64,000 nt of DNA from an uncultured Eubacteriales bacterium (GCA_900552015.1 URXY01000003.1:4808-68807); one strand, 5' to 3'. Numbered from the stretch's first letter, positions 1-11,301 are shown. Notes: generated by a model from the letters alone, not told the origin. Program-made: numbers and translations.

Positions 1-418
1 TGAAGAGGGCGAGCGGCAGTATTACGTTGTCTGGCGGCAGTACAGCGCGGACGGCACGGCGGCGGATGTGCAGAGCTGCTACCACGATGTGGAGGACGGC
101 TGGAACCTGAGGCTTCCGGAGGAATGGAGCAAGGAGAAGCTCGCGGCCGAGCGCACGGTCGGCGCAGATGAGACGGCCGTCTCCTTCTATCGCATGGACG
201 CGGACGGCACGCGCGAAAAGCTCTTGACGATCTACCGCTTGACGGGCGATATGAGAGAAGAGCTCGGGAGCATCGGCGACCGCTTCGCGCTCACGCGCCA
301 GGTCGAGGCGGTGTACGCCGCAGAGATCGGCGAGACGTGGAACGTGCAGCTCACCGAGCAGTCGCTGCGCGAGCGTTTCTCGCTCATCATGGCCGAATGG
401 ATGATGGGCGATAACTGA
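1..418 (+). CDS. hypothetical protein, 5'-truncated by window edge (reading frame open from position 2)
   Basis: Frame 2 is open from the first bases of the window and runs into the listed ORF 68..418. No recognisable motif. Confidence 0.4.
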   Translation, partial: EEGERQYYVVWRQYSADGTAADVQSCYHDVEDGWNLRLPEEWSKEKLAAERTVGADETAVSFYRMDADGTREKLLTIYRLTGDMREELGSIGDRFALTRQVEAVYAAEIGETWNVQLTEQSLRERFSLIMAEWMMGDN

Positions 419-434
419 GAAGAGGGGGCAGGAT

Positions 435-1124
435 ATGAAAAAAGTGCTGGTGCTGGAGGACGAAGCCAGTATCCGTAGTTTTATCGTCATCAATTTACAG
501 CGCGCGGGTTACGAGGTCGTGGAGGCCGCGTGCGGTGAGGAAGCGCTGCAAAAATTGCAGGATAACCCCGACACGAGGCTTTGCCTGCTGGACATCATGC
601 TGCCCGATATCGACGGGTTCGAGGTCTGTAGGCGTATCCGTATGTCCAACTCCCAGATCGGCATCATCATGCTGACGGCGCGCGCGCAGGAGATGGATAA
701 GGTGACGGGGCTCATGACCGGTGCGGACGACTATGTGACCAAGCCCTTTTCTCCCGTCGAGCTGACGGCGCGCGTGGATGCGCTGCTGCGCCGTATGGGC
801 GAGGGCGCGCCGACCGCGCGCTCGGGCGAGCTCTATCAGCCGCCGTTCCTGCTGAACATGACGAACCGCACGCTTGAGAAAAACGGCGAGCGGGTGAAGC
901 TGACGCAGCTTGAATACTCCATCATGAAGCTCTTTATGGAAAACCGCGGCAAGGCCCTTGCGCGCGAGGAGATCCTCGATGCGGTGTGGGGCAAGGGGTA
1001 TTTTGGCGAGCTGAAGATCGTGGACGTGAATGTGCGCCGCCTGAGACTGAAGATCGAGGACGACGCGCAGGAGCCGAAGTACATCTCGACCGTGTGGGGC
1101 TTTGGCTATAAATGGAACGTGTGA
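435..1124 (+). CDS. two-component response regulator, OmpR family (receiver + winged-helix DNA-binding domain)
   Basis: N-terminal receiver signature (VLVLEDE...LLDIMLPDIDGF...TKPF). C-terminal trans_reg_C-like region (LTQLEYSIMKLF...VDVNVRRLRLKIE...GFGYKW). RBS GGGGG upstream. Confidence 0.9.
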   Translation: MKKVLVLEDEASIRSFIVINLQRAGYEVVEAACGEEALQKLQDNPDTRLCLLDIMLPDIDGFEVCRRIRMSNSQIGIIMLTARAQEMDKVTGLMTGADDYVTKPFSPVELTARVDALLRRMGEGAPTARSGELYQPPFLLNMTNRTLEKNGERVKLTQLEYSIMKLFMENRGKALAREEILDAVWGKGYFGELKIVDVNVRRLRLKIEDDAQEPKYISTVWGFGYKWNV

Positions 1125-2590
1125 GCGCGGAAAAGAGCGAAAAGGGGGGGAGCGCCGTGCCGGAGAACAGAAAAAGCTTCGTTTCGGCACTGCACATCCG
1201 CGGCCTTCGCGAGCGCTGGCTCTTCAGTGCCGCGCTGCCCATTTTGCTGCTGCTGGTGCTGGCGGTGGCGATGTTCAGCATCGGCGTGCAGGAATACTAC
1301 TATAACGCGATGCGCTCGGGCCTTGAGAGCCGGGCACGCATCGCGGCGGAGACCTTTTCGGGCTACGGCGTGAAGAGCTACAGCGAGTATTACCGCCTTG
1401 CCTCCTACTCGGCCGAGACCTTTGAGGAGAAGGACACGATCGAGCTGCAGTTCATCAACACGAACGGGCGCGTGCAGGTCTCGTCCTACGGGCTGACGGC
1501 GGGCACGCTGCCCGGCACGAGCGACATTGACGAGGCTGTCGGCGGCGAGATGGCGTTCTATCAGGGGCGCGACCCGCAGACGGGGGAGAATATCCTCGCG
1601 GTGTCATACCCGCTGTACTTCAATTCCCGCGTCGTGGGCGTGCTGCGGTATGTGACATCGCTGCGCGAGGCGCAGCACCGGGTGCTGATGGATTCGCTGC
1701 TCGCATCGGCCGCGGCGCTCGTGTGCATGGTGCTCATCGCGGCGTCGAACGCCATCTTCATCAACAATGTCGTCGAGCCCGTCGCCGTCGTGAGCGACGC
1801 GGCACGGCGTATCTCGGGCGGCAGCTACGGCATCATGATCGAAAACCGCTACCGCGACGAGCTCGGCGAGCTGGTCGACAACATCAACGATATGTCGATG
1901 AAGATCAGCCAGGCCGAAAAGATACAGCAGGAGTTCATCTCGTCGGTCTCCCACGAGCTGCGAACGCCGCTCACGGCCATCAGCGGCTGGGCGGAGACGC
2001 TGAGTGTGGACCCCGGCAGCAACCTGGAGCAGACCAAGCGCGGCCTCGGTATTATTTTGAAGGAATCGCGCCGCCTCACCACGATGGTCGAGGAGCTGCT
2101 CGAATTCACCAAGATGCAGGACGGGCGCTTCACGCTGCGCGTGGAGAGCGTAGACCTTGCCAGCGAGCTCGAGGATGCGGTCTACACGTATTTTGAGCTT
2201 TTTAGGCAGGAGGGCATCGAGGTCTGCTACACAGGTCCCGACGACGATATCCCGCCCATCGTGGCGGACAGCGAGCGCATGAAGCAGGTCTTCTGTAATG
2301 TGCTCGATAATGCCGCCAAGCACGGCGGCAGCGGCAAGCGCATCGACGTGAGCGCCGCGCGCGAGGGGAACAGTTTCGTTATCCGCGTGCGCGACTACGG
2401 CCCCGGCATCCCGGAGGCGGAGCTGCCGTTCGTGAAGCAGAAGTTCTACAAGGGCTCGTCCAAGGCACGCGGCAGCGGCATCGGCCTTGCTGTGTGCGAC
2501 GAGATCGTGCACCTGCACGGCGGCACGTTCGACATCGCGAACGCCGACGGCGGCGGTGCAGTCGTGACCATCGCACTGCCGATACAGTAA
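1112..2590 (+). CDS. sensor histidine kinase (TM sensor, HisKA, HATPase_c)
   Basis: H-box SHELRTPLTAISGWAETL. N/G-boxes (LDNAAKHGG ... GSGIGLAVCDEIVHLHGG). Two TM segments near the N-terminus. Overlaps the regulator stop by 13 nt (operon coupling). Confidence 0.9.
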   Translation: MERVSAEKSEKGGSAVPENRKSFVSALHIRGLRERWLFSAALPILLLLVLAVAMFSIGVQEYYYNAMRSGLESRARIAAETFSGYGVKSYSEYYRLASYSAETFEEKDTIELQFINTNGRVQVSSYGLTAGTLPGTSDIDEAVGGEMAFYQGRDPQTGENILAVSYPLYFNSRVVGVLRYVTSLREAQHRVLMDSLLASAAALVCMVLIAASNAIFINNVVEPVAVVSDAARRISGGSYGIMIENRYRDELGELVDNINDMSMKISQAEKIQQEFISSVSHELRTPLTAISGWAETLSVDPGSNLEQTKRGLGIILKESRRLTTMVEELLEFTKMQDGRFTLRVESVDLASELEDAVYTYFELFRQEGIEVCYTGPDDDIPPIVADSERMKQVFCNVLDNAAKHGGSGKRIDVSAAREGNSFVIRVRDYGPGIPEAELPFVKQKFYKGSSKARGSGIGLAVCDEIVHLHGGTFDIANADGGGAVVTIALPIQ

Positions 2591-2607
2591 GAAGAATAGA
2601 ACGGGTG

Positions 2608-2636
2608 TTGCATTTTTGAAATGCCCGTGGTAAGAT
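2608..2636 (+). promoter_or_regulatory. sigma70-like promoter TTGCAT-17-TAAGAT upstream of DUF1385/prmC
   Basis: Hexamers read directly with 17-nt spacing. Located in the HK/DUF1385 intergenic region. Confidence 0.4.
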
Positions 2637-2662
2637 ATCGCATAGAAAAAGGAGAACCGTTC

Positions 2663-3625
2663 ATGGCAAAAGAAAATGTGCCCGCACCGAAGTTCCGCAC
2701 GAGCATCGGCGGTCAGGCATTGATCGAAGGTATTCTGATGCGCGGACCCGGCAAGCAGGCCATCGTCGTCCGCTCGCCGGAGGGCCTTGTGGAAAAGGTC
2801 GAGGAGCTGACGCTCGTGCGCGATAAGTATCCCATTCTGGGCCTGCCCGTCATCCGCGGTGCGGTGACATTCGTCGACTCGATGGTCAAGGGCGTCAAGG
2901 CGCTGATGTTCTCGGCAGATTACTTCCCCGATGAGGACCTTGCCGAGCCGAGCAAGTTCGACCAGTGGCTTGAAAAGAAGTTCGGCAGTGAGAAAATGTC
3001 GAAGTTCATCACGGCCCTTGCGGTCGTGCTGTCGCTGGGGCTGACGATCCTGCTCTTTTTCCTGCTGCCGACATTTCTGGCAGGGTTCATCGACCCGTTC
3101 ATCAAGAGCGTGACCATCCACAATCTGATCGAATCCATCATCAAGCTCATCATCTTTTTCGGATATTTGCTGCTCTGCTCCAAGCAGAAGGACATTTACC
3201 GCGTGTTCCAGTACCACGGGGCAGAGCACAAGACCATCTTCTGCTATGAGGCGGGCCTGCCGCTGACGGTGGAGAACTGCCGCATCCAGCCGCGCCACCA
3301 TCCGCGCTGCGGCACGAGCTTCCTCTTCGTGGTCGTGGTCGTGTCCATCCTCGTTTCGAGCGTCGTGTTCAGCTTTGTCGAGTGGCGCAACATCTGGGTG
3401 CGCATGGGGTTGCACCTGCTGCTGCTCATCCCCATCGTGGGCGTTTCCTATGAGTTCAACCGCTACGTCGGCGGACACGACAACAAGGTGACGCGCTTTT
3501 TGGCGCGTCCGGGCCTGTGGCTGCAGAACTTCACCACCAACGAGCCCGACGACAGTATGCTCGAGGTCGCGATCCGCGCGCTCGAGCTGGTCATTCCCGA
3601 AGAAAAAGGCAAGGATGCGTGGTAG
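2663..3625 (+). CDS. DUF1385 (YqhQ-like) membrane protein
   Basis: Start chosen at ATG 2663 with RBS AAAGGAGAA 7 nt upstream (the track ORF begins earlier at an alternate codon). Polytopic hydrophobic core. Family typically sits upstream of prmC. Confidence 0.7.
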   Translation: MAKENVPAPKFRTSIGGQALIEGILMRGPGKQAIVVRSPEGLVEKVEELTLVRDKYPILGLPVIRGAVTFVDSMVKGVKALMFSADYFPDEDLAEPSKFDQWLEKKFGSEKMSKFITALAVVLSLGLTILLFFLLPTFLAGFIDPFIKSVTIHNLIESIIKLIIFFGYLLLCSKQKDIYRVFQYHGAEHKTIFCYEAGLPLTVENCRIQPRHHPRCGTSFLFVVVVVSILVSSVVFSFVEWRNIWVRMGLHLLLLIPIVGVSYEFNRYVGGHDNKVTRFLARPGLWLQNFTTNEPDDSMLEVAIRALELVIPEEKGKDAW

Positions 3626-3627
3626 AG

Positions 3628-4494
3628 ATGGCGACGACATACAATAACCTTTATCTGGACCTGCGCGCGGAGCTCAAGCGCGCGGGCGACGAGGAGGCAA
3701 CGCAGTCGGCGCGCGAGCTCGTCTGCGCCGCGGCGGCAAAAACGCGAGAGGAATTCGTGCGCGACGGCTCTCTTTACGCCTCGCCCGAGGTGGAGAAGAG
3801 TGCGCGCGAGCTCGTCAAGCGCCACTTGGCGGGCGAGCCGGTGGCCTACCTCATCGGCGAGTGGGAGTTCTACGGTCTGCCGTTCGACATTTCGCCCGCG
3901 GTGCTCATCCCGCGCCCCGACACCGAGGTGCTGGCGACGAAGCTCATCGACGCGGCGCGCGGCGCCGGGGCCTGCCGCATCCTCGACCTCTGCGCGGGCA
4001 GCGGCTGCATCGGCCTTGCCGCGGCGGCGAATCTGCCGAACGCGCGTGTGCTGCTCGGCGAGCTTGACGACGAGGCGCTGAAAATTTGCCGCCAGAACAT
4101 CCGCCGCAGCAATCTGACGGGCCGCGTGACGAGCATGAAGCTCGACGCGCGCGAAAAGCCGACGCGCAGCCTCGGCGAGTTCAACTTCCTTGTGAGCAAC
4201 CCGCCCTACATCCCGAGCGCAGACATCGACACGCTCGACGTCTCTGTGCGCGAGCACGAGCCGCGTCTCGCGCTCGACGGCGGCGAGGACGGGCTAGACT
4301 TTTACCGCGTCATCTGCGAAAAATGGCGCGACGCGCTCGCGCCCGAGGGGATGCTCTTTTTCGAGGTCGGCATCGGGCAGGCGGACCAAGTGCTGCGCAT
4401 CATGCGCACGAACGGCTTTGGCGACATTCAGATCGTCAAGGACCTCAACAATATCCCCCGCGTGGTATACGGCACGCTGTGCGAGCACATCTGA
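3628..4494 (+). CDS. prmC: release factor glutamine N5-methyltransferase PrmC (HemK)
   Basis: NPPY motif (FLVSNPPYIPSAD). SAM-binding GxGxG (LDLCAGSGCIG). Start at ATG 3628 immediately after the upstream stop. Confidence 0.9.
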   Translation: MATTYNNLYLDLRAELKRAGDEEATQSARELVCAAAAKTREEFVRDGSLYASPEVEKSARELVKRHLAGEPVAYLIGEWEFYGLPFDISPAVLIPRPDTEVLATKLIDAARGAGACRILDLCAGSGCIGLAAAANLPNARVLLGELDDEALKICRQNIRRSNLTGRVTSMKLDAREKPTRSLGEFNFLVSNPPYIPSADIDTLDVSVREHEPRLALDGGEDGLDFYRVICEKWRDALAPEGMLFFEVGIGQADQVLRIMRTNGFGDIQIVKDLNNIPRVVYGTLCEHI

Positions 4495-4537
4495 AAAGCA
4501 AAATAGTTTGACATAAAGTTACGGGAGGAAAGCGAAT

Positions 4538-5633
<1,096 letters not shown>

Positions 5634-5644
<11 letters not shown>

Positions 5645-6266
5645 GAAGATCGAACGATCGAAGCATAAGCAGGAGCGCGTTCTCGTGTATCTGGAGGGGG
5701 GAGACCTCCTCCAGGTCACCGAGAGCGAGCTTCTGCGTTTCGGTTTATCGATAGGGCTGGACATTGATGATGGGACTGTGGTAGAATTGCAGCAGTCCGG
5801 CGCGCGGAGCGAAACGCGCGTGCGCGCGGCGAACATGATCTCATCCCGTCCGCTGTCGAGGAAAGAGCTTTCGAAAAAGCTCAGGGAAAAGGGCGCGGTC
5901 GAGGCCGACGCCGAATCGGCGTGCGACTGGCTCGAGGAGATCGGCGCGCTCAACGACGCGGAGTACGCCGCGATGCTCGTGCGCCATTACGGCGGCATGG
6001 GTTACGGCGAGGCGAAGATTCGCGACGAGCTCTACCGGCGCGGCGTGCCGCGCGAGCTGTGGGAGGACGCGCTGTCGCAGTCGCCCGACGCGCAGGAGGC
6101 CATTATGTGCGTCATCGCGCAGAAGACAAAGGGCCGCGTGCTCGATGAAAAGGGGCGCAAGCGACTGTCTGATATGCTGCTGCGGCGGGGCTTTGCGTGG
6201 CGCGATGTGCGCGCAGCGCTCGCCCAGATCAGCGAAAATATGACAGAATTCGATTACGAAGAGTAG
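5634..6266 (+). CDS. recX: recombination regulator RecX
   Basis: Lies immediately downstream of recA and overlaps its last 11 nt. Three-repeat helical RecX-like sequence. Start ATG 5634 inferred (the track ORF begins at 5610). Confidence 0.75.
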
Positions 6267-6311
6267 TCGTTCGAGATATTTCTACAATTAGTTACATTCG
6301 GGAGAGGTTTT

Positions 6312-7640
6312 ATGCCTTATAACATTTCATTCATTTCTCTTGGCTGTGCCAAAAACCAGGTGAACTGCGAGCAGATGATGGCCACGGTACAGGCCGCGGG
6401 CCATGCAGTGCAGCTCTCGCCCGAGGGGGCGGACGTGGCCGTGGTCAACACCTGCGGCTTTCTGGCCTCTGCCTGCGAGGAGGCCATCGATAATATCTTA
6501 GAGATGGCGGAGCTCAAAAAAGAGGGCAAGCTCAAAAAGATCATCGTCACCGGCTGCATGGCGCAGCGCTACAAGGACGATGTGCTCCATGAGCTGCCCG
6601 AGGTCGACGCGGTGCTCGGCACCGGCAGCTACGGCGAGATCGCCCGCGCGGTCGACGAGGTCATGGCGCCCGGCGGCCTGCGCCCCTGCTACATGGGCGA
6701 TATCCAGAACTGCGCGCAGGGCGGCGCGCGCATTTTGTCCACGCCGTCGTGGTATGCGTATCTGCGTATTGCCGAGGGCTGCGACAACTGCTGTGCCTAC
6801 TGCGTCATTCCGCGCCTGCGCGGCCGTTACCGCAGCCGCCCGATGAACGAACTTCTGGACGAGGCGAGCGAGCTTGCGTCCGCGGGCGTGAAGGAACTCA
6901 TCGTCATCGCGCAGGATATCACGCGCTACGGCACGGACTTAAACGGCGAGCATCAGCTGGCTGCTCTCCTGCGCGAGCTGTGTAAGCTCGATTTCCACTG
7001 GATCCGGCTCCACTACCTCTATCCCGACGACATTACCGATGAGCTCATCGATACCATCGCGCAGGAAGAGAAGATCGTGCCCTATCTCGATATCCCCATT
7101 CAGCACTGCAACGACGCCATTTTGAAGGCGATGAACCGCCGCGACACGAAAGAGAGCATCCGCAAGGTTTTCCACGACCTGCGCGCGCGCATCCCGGGCC
7201 TTGTGCTGCGGACGTCGATCATAGCCGGTCTTCCCGGCGAGGGGGAGAAGGAGTTCGAAGAGCTCTGCGACTTCCTGCGCGAAGAGAAGATCGAGCGCGC
7301 GGGCGTGTTCCCGTTCTCGCCCGAGGAGGGGACGAAGGCCGCGACGATGGAGCACGTTCCGATGGAGGAGGCCCAACGCCGCACGGAGCTTCTGGTCGAC
7401 GTGCAGAGCGATATCATCGACGCATACAACGACTCCGTCCTCGGCGACGTGCGCGAGGTGCTGTGCGAGGGCTGGAGCGAGGAAGCGCAGTCCTATGTCG
7501 GCCGCAGCTACGCCGAATCCGTGGATATCGACGGAAAGATCTACTTTTCCGCAGAACGTGATATCATGGCAGGCGAGTTCGTCAACGTCCGCCTGACCGG
7601 CACGATGGACGGCGAGCTGACCGGCGAAGCGGTCGAATAA
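6312..7640 (+). CDS. rimO: ribosomal protein S12 methylthiotransferase RimO (radical SAM MTTase with TRAM domain)
   Basis: N-terminal MTTase cysteine motif (SLGCAKNQVNCE). Radical-SAM CxxxCxxC (CDNCCAYC). C-terminal TRAM. Lies next to pgsA as in many Clostridia. Confidence 0.8.
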   Translation: MPYNISFISLGCAKNQVNCEQMMATVQAAGHAVQLSPEGADVAVVNTCGFLASACEEAIDNILEMAELKKEGKLKKIIVTGCMAQRYKDDVLHELPEVDAVLGTGSYGEIARAVDEVMAPGGLRPCYMGDIQNCAQGGARILSTPSWYAYLRIAEGCDNCCAYCVIPRLRGRYRSRPMNELLDEASELASAGVKELIVIAQDITRYGTDLNGEHQLAALLRELCKLDFHWIRLHYLYPDDITDELIDTIAQEEKIVPYLDIPIQHCNDAILKAMNRRDTKESIRKVFHDLRARIPGLVLRTSIIAGLPGEGEKEFEELCDFLREEKIERAGVFPFSPEEGTKAATMEHVPMEEAQRRTELLVDVQSDIIDAYNDSVLGDVREVLCEGWSEEAQSYVGRSYAESVDIDGKIYFSAERDIMAGEFVNVRLTGTMDGELTGEAVE

Positions 7641-7674
7641 GTAAATGCCCTGCGAGGCAGGAGGAAAGAGAGAT

Positions 7675-8199
7675 ATGACAACTGCAAACAAATTAACGAT
7701 CATGCGCATTGCGCTGATCCCTGTATTCTTAGTGGTGCTGTACCTGGACTTCGCGGGTGCGAGATGGTGGGCGCTTGGTATTTTCATTGTCGCGTGCCTG
7801 ACGGACTTTGCCGACGGCTACATCGCCCGCCACTATAATCAGATCACAAATTTCGGCAAGTTCATGGACCCGCTGGCGGACAAGATGCTCGTCATGGCGG
7901 CAATGTGCTACTTTGTCGAGTGCGGGCAGATGCCCGGCTGGTGTCTCGCCATCGTGCTGCTGCGCGAATTTGCCGTGTCCGGCATGCGCCTTGTCGCTGT
8001 GGAGCAGGGGCGCGTCATCGCGGCAGCATGGTCAGGCAAGGTGAAGACCGCCTCGACCATGGTGTGTTTGTGCCTGATGCTGGTGTTCCAGAGCATCCTT
8101 TTGAATGTCGTGTGCATTGCGGTCATCGTGGCGACGACCGTGTACTCCGGCATTGAGTATTTCGCAAAGAACCTCGACGTCTTCAAAGAGGCGGACTGA
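7675..8199 (+). CDS. pgsA: CDP-diacylglycerol--glycerol-3-phosphate 3-phosphatidyltransferase
   Basis: CDP-alcohol phosphatidyltransferase motif DFADGYIAR...G...DPLADK. Start ATG 7675 with RBS GGAGGAAAGAG. Confidence 0.9.
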   Translation: MTTANKLTIMRIALIPVFLVVLYLDFAGARWWALGIFIVACLTDFADGYIARHYNQITNFGKFMDPLADKMLVMAAMCYFVECGQMPGWCLAIVLLREFAVSGMRLVAVEQGRVIAAAWSGKVKTASTMVCLCLMLVFQSILLNVVCIAVIVATTVYSGIEYFAKNLDVFKEAD

Positions 8200-8233
8200 T
8201 CCCGACATTTCATCTTCTCAAAGGAGAGCTATC

Positions 8234-9688
8234 ATGTATTTATACAATTCCGCGACCCATAAAAAGGAAGAATTCAAGACCCATACGCCGAACCATGTGG
8301 AGATGTACACCTGCGGCCCCACCGTGTATCACTTTGCCCATATCGGCAACCTGCGCTCCTACATCATGGAGGACGTGCTGGAAAAGTACCTGCGCTTTTC
8401 AGGCTACAGCGTGAACCGCGTGATGAATATCACCGACGTCGGCCACCTGACGAGCGACGCCGACGAGGGCGAGGACAAGATGGTCAAGGGAGCCAAGCGT
8501 GAGCACAAGACCGTCATGGAGATCGCCAAGTTCTATACCGACGCGTTCTTCGCCGACTGCAAGAAGCTCAACATCAAGCGCCCCGACGTCGTCCAGCCCG
8601 CAACGGGCCTGATCGACGATTATATCAAGATCATCACGAAGCTGCTCGACACCGGCTATGCCTATATCGCCGGCGGCAATGTGTACTTCGACACGAGCAA
8701 GCTCGAGCGCTACTATATCTTCAACGACCACAACGAGGAAGACCTCGCCGTCGGCGTGCGCGAAGGCGTGGAGGAGGACGAGAACAAGAAGAACAAGAAT
8801 GACTTCGTTCTCTGGTTCACCAAGTCCAAGTTCGAGGATCAGGCGCTCAAGTGGGATTCCCCCTGGGGCGTCGGCTATCCGGGCTGGCACATCGAGTGCT
8901 CCGGCATTTCGATGAAGTACAACGGCGAATACCTCGACCTGCACTGCGGCGGCGTGGACAACGCCTTCCCGCACCACACGAACGAGATCGCGCAGAGCGA
9001 GAGCTACCTCGGTCATCCCTGGTGCCTCCAGTGGTGCCACGTGGCGCATCTCAACACCTCGCACGGCAAGATGTCCAAATCCAAGGGCGAATTTTTGACG
9101 GTCTCACTGCTTGAGGAAAAGGGCTATGACCCGCTGGCGTACCGCTTCTTCTGCTTACAGAGCCACTACCGCAAGAGTCTTGTCTTCACGTGGGAAAACC
9201 TTGACAATGCGGTCGCCGCGTACAACAAGCTCATCGCGAAGATCGCGAACATCAAGGACGAGGGCGGCGTGGACGAGGCCGTTCGCGCCGAGTACCGCGC
9301 GAAGTTCATGAAGGAGATGGACAATGACCTCAACACCGCCATGGGCGTGACCGCGCTCTACGATGTGCTTAAGGCCAAGACCACGGGCGCGACGAAGCTC
9401 GCCATCATCGGCGACTATGACACGGTGCTGAGTCTTAACCTTCTCAAAAAGGCCGAAGCCGAGCGCGAGAAGAAGGAGAAGGCCGCGTCCCAGCAGAGTG
9501 CGGGCGGCTTCACGGTCGTCTCTGAGGATGGCACGGCGGACGAGGGCATCGAGAATCTGATCCGCCAGCGCGCGGAGGCCAAGAAGGCGAAGAACTTCGC
9601 CGAGGCCGACCGCATCCGCGACGAGCTCAAGGCGCAGGGCATTGAAGTGACCGATATGCCCGGCGGCGCGAAGTGGAAGCGCGTGTAA
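8234..9688 (+). CDS. cysS: cysteine--tRNA ligase
   Basis: Class I HIGH motif (FAHIGN) and KMSKS (KMSKSKG). Start ATG 8234 with RBS AAGGAGAG. Confidence 0.95.
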   Translation: MYLYNSATHKKEEFKTHTPNHVEMYTCGPTVYHFAHIGNLRSYIMEDVLEKYLRFSGYSVNRVMNITDVGHLTSDADEGEDKMVKGAKREHKTVMEIAKFYTDAFFADCKKLNIKRPDVVQPATGLIDDYIKIITKLLDTGYAYIAGGNVYFDTSKLERYYIFNDHNEEDLAVGVREGVEEDENKKNKNDFVLWFTKSKFEDQALKWDSPWGVGYPGWHIECSGISMKYNGEYLDLHCGGVDNAFPHHTNEIAQSESYLGHPWCLQWCHVAHLNTSHGKMSKSKGEFLTVSLLEEKGYDPLAYRFFCLQSHYRKSLVFTWENLDNAVAAYNKLIAKIANIKDEGGVDEAVRAEYRAKFMKEMDNDLNTAMGVTALYDVLKAKTTGATKLAIIGDYDTVLSLNLLKKAEAEREKKEKAASQQSAGGFTVVSEDGTADEGIENLIRQRAEAKKAKNFAEADRIRDELKAQGIEVTDMPGGAKWKRV

Positions 9689-9705
9689 AAGGTAATTTTT
9701 AGAAA

Positions 9706-9748
9706 GCACAGGCGCGGCGGACCATCCGCCGCGCCTGTGCGCTTCTTT
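9706..9748 (+). terminator. rho-independent terminator after cysS
   Basis: GC-rich stem GCACAGGCGCGGCGG / CCGCCGCGCCTGTGC followed by GCTTCTTT. Confidence 0.7.
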
Positions 9749-9781
9749 GGGCAGAATAGAAAAACCATCACGGAGGGTACT

Positions 9782-10294
9782 ATGGGAAGAAAAGTGAGAA
9801 AACGGATGACAAAGGACACCATCCCCGAGGGGTTCAGCGTCCCGATGGCGCTCGTTGACCTGATCCCCGTCGTATTTTTCGGCCTTTCGGCGGTGAAGGC
9901 GGGGAGTCTGTTCCATAGCACACTGTTCATGGCGGGCGCTGTCATTTGCCTGCTCTCCGGCGTTGTGAAGGTGGGATGGAAGCTCATCGCGGCGGTCTCC
10001 CAAAGAAATATCTGGCCGATGTTTGTGCAGATGCGTGTTCTGATGCCGGTCGGATTTCTGGCGATGCTCGCGGCGCTGGTCGTGGACCGCATGGGATTGA
10101 ATGGGAAAGCGATGCTCGCGGGACTGACCGGCTTTCCATCTTGCGTATTTTTCCTCGCGGGCGCACTCGGTATGGTGACGATGACCGTTTTCGCCTTCCA
10201 GATGGACTCGAGCGATCCCAAGGTAAACTGGACGGAGCAGATCGTCAACGGCTTTGCACAGCTCTGCTTTTTTATCGGACTACTGCTGGCCTGA
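9782..10294 (+). CDS. hypothetical polytopic membrane protein
   Basis: Start ATG 9782 with RBS GGAGGG. About 5 hydrophobic segments. No recognised motif. Confidence 0.5.
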   Translation: MGRKVRKRMTKDTIPEGFSVPMALVDLIPVVFFGLSAVKAGSLFHSTLFMAGAVICLLSGVVKVGWKLIAAVSQRNIWPMFVQMRVLMPVGFLAMLAALVVDRMGLNGKAMLAGLTGFPSCVFFLAGALGMVTMTVFAFQMDSSDPKVNWTEQIVNGFAQLCFFIGLLLA

Positions 10295-10387
10295 GCGGGA
10301 AAAGCTGCATTTTGGCGCGGAGCGTCCGCTGCGAGGGAGAAACAGGGGCTGACCGCATGGGTTGGTACAGGACAATATGATCGGGAG

Positions 10388-10415
10388 AAGAGCCGCCTGT
10401 GGCGGCTCTTTTTTG
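10388..10415 (+). terminator. rho-independent terminator
   Basis: Stem AAGAGCCGCC / GGCGGCTCTT followed by TTTTG. Confidence 0.7.
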
Positions 10416-10599
10416 CATCATCGACAGAAACGATGAGAAAAAGAAAGCATCGTGGGGAATTTCGTTCAAAAAAGAAAATGAAAGAATGCGAAGGGCATCA
10501 TTCAATTATTGCAATATCTGAGCGGCGATTTTACTCGCTTTTTGCAAGAAAATGTGATACGCTGTCAAGGAAAATTGCGATGAGAAAGGAAGACCTCCC

Positions 10600-11301
10600 A
10601 TGATCGATATCTTTGATATGATGGGGCCTGTGATGGTCGGCCCGTCCAGCTCGCACACGGCGGGTGCGGCGCGCATCGGCGCCATGGGCCGCACGCTGCT
10701 CGGCGAGGAAGTGGCCGAGGCGAAGATCGGCCTGCACGGCTCGTTTGCCGAGACAGGCTTTGGCCACGGCACGGACCGCGCGCTGCTGGCAGGACTGCTC
10801 GGGATGAAGCCGGACGACCTGCGCATTCCGAATGCCTATCAGGAGGCAAAGAACGCAGGGATGAAGTATTCCTTTCGCACGGTCGACCTGCGCGATGCGC
10901 ATCCCAACACAGCTCTTCTGGAGCTGGCGGGCAAAAGCGGTAAGCAGATGACCCTACAGGCCTCGTCCGTTGGCGGCGGCGCGATCGTCGTCAACAAGAT
11001 CGACGGCATCAACGTGAATTTTACGGGCGAATTCAACACGCTCATCGTGCGCAACCAGGATGAATTCGGCTCGGTCGCGGCCATCACCTCCATTTTGAGC
11101 CAGCTGCGTATCAACGTGGCGAACATGAGCGTGAACCGCCACCGCCGCGGAGGTGATGCGCTGATGGTCATTGAGACCGACCAGCATATCAAGCGCAATC
11201 AGGTGGATTTTCTCGCGCAGTTACCGGGCATTTTGTCCGTGACCTATTACGATAAGGAGGACGACGAAGATGGTTCTGGATTCGATGAAGCAAATCTTTG
11301 A
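10600..11301 (+). CDS. sdaAB: L-serine dehydratase, iron-sulfur dependent, beta subunit (with ACT domain)
   Basis: N-terminal GPSSSHTAGA signature of the SdaA family. C-terminal ACT-like regulatory domain. Confidence 0.9.
   Translation: MIDIFDMMGPVMVGPSSSHTAGAARIGAMGRTLLGEEVAEAKIGLHGSFAETGFGHGTDRALLAGLLGMKPDDLRIPNAYQEAKNAGMKYSFRTVDLRDAHPNTALLELAGKSGKQMTLQASSVGGGAIVVNKIDGINVNFTGEFNTLIVRNQDEFGSVAAITSILSQLRINVANMSVNRHRRGGDALMVIETDQHIKRNQVDFLAQLPGILSVTYYDKEDDEDGSGFDEANL

Noticed and set aside
1604-3640. 678-aa minus-strand ORF (also 16835..18106 -, 19963..21000 +, 21332..23449 -, 32799..34442 +, 35876..37006 -, 37366..38310 -, 41747..43039 -, 46897..48009 -, 52804..54111 +, 55253..56641 +)
   Set aside because: All lie antisense to well-supported genes in a high-GC genome. 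Their translations are Arg/Ala/Gly/His/Asp-rich low-complexity sequence without motifs. They are classic shadow ORFs.
8200-8233. T-box leader upstream of cysS
   Set aside because: The intergenic spacer is only about 34 nt (RBS only), far too short for a T-box.
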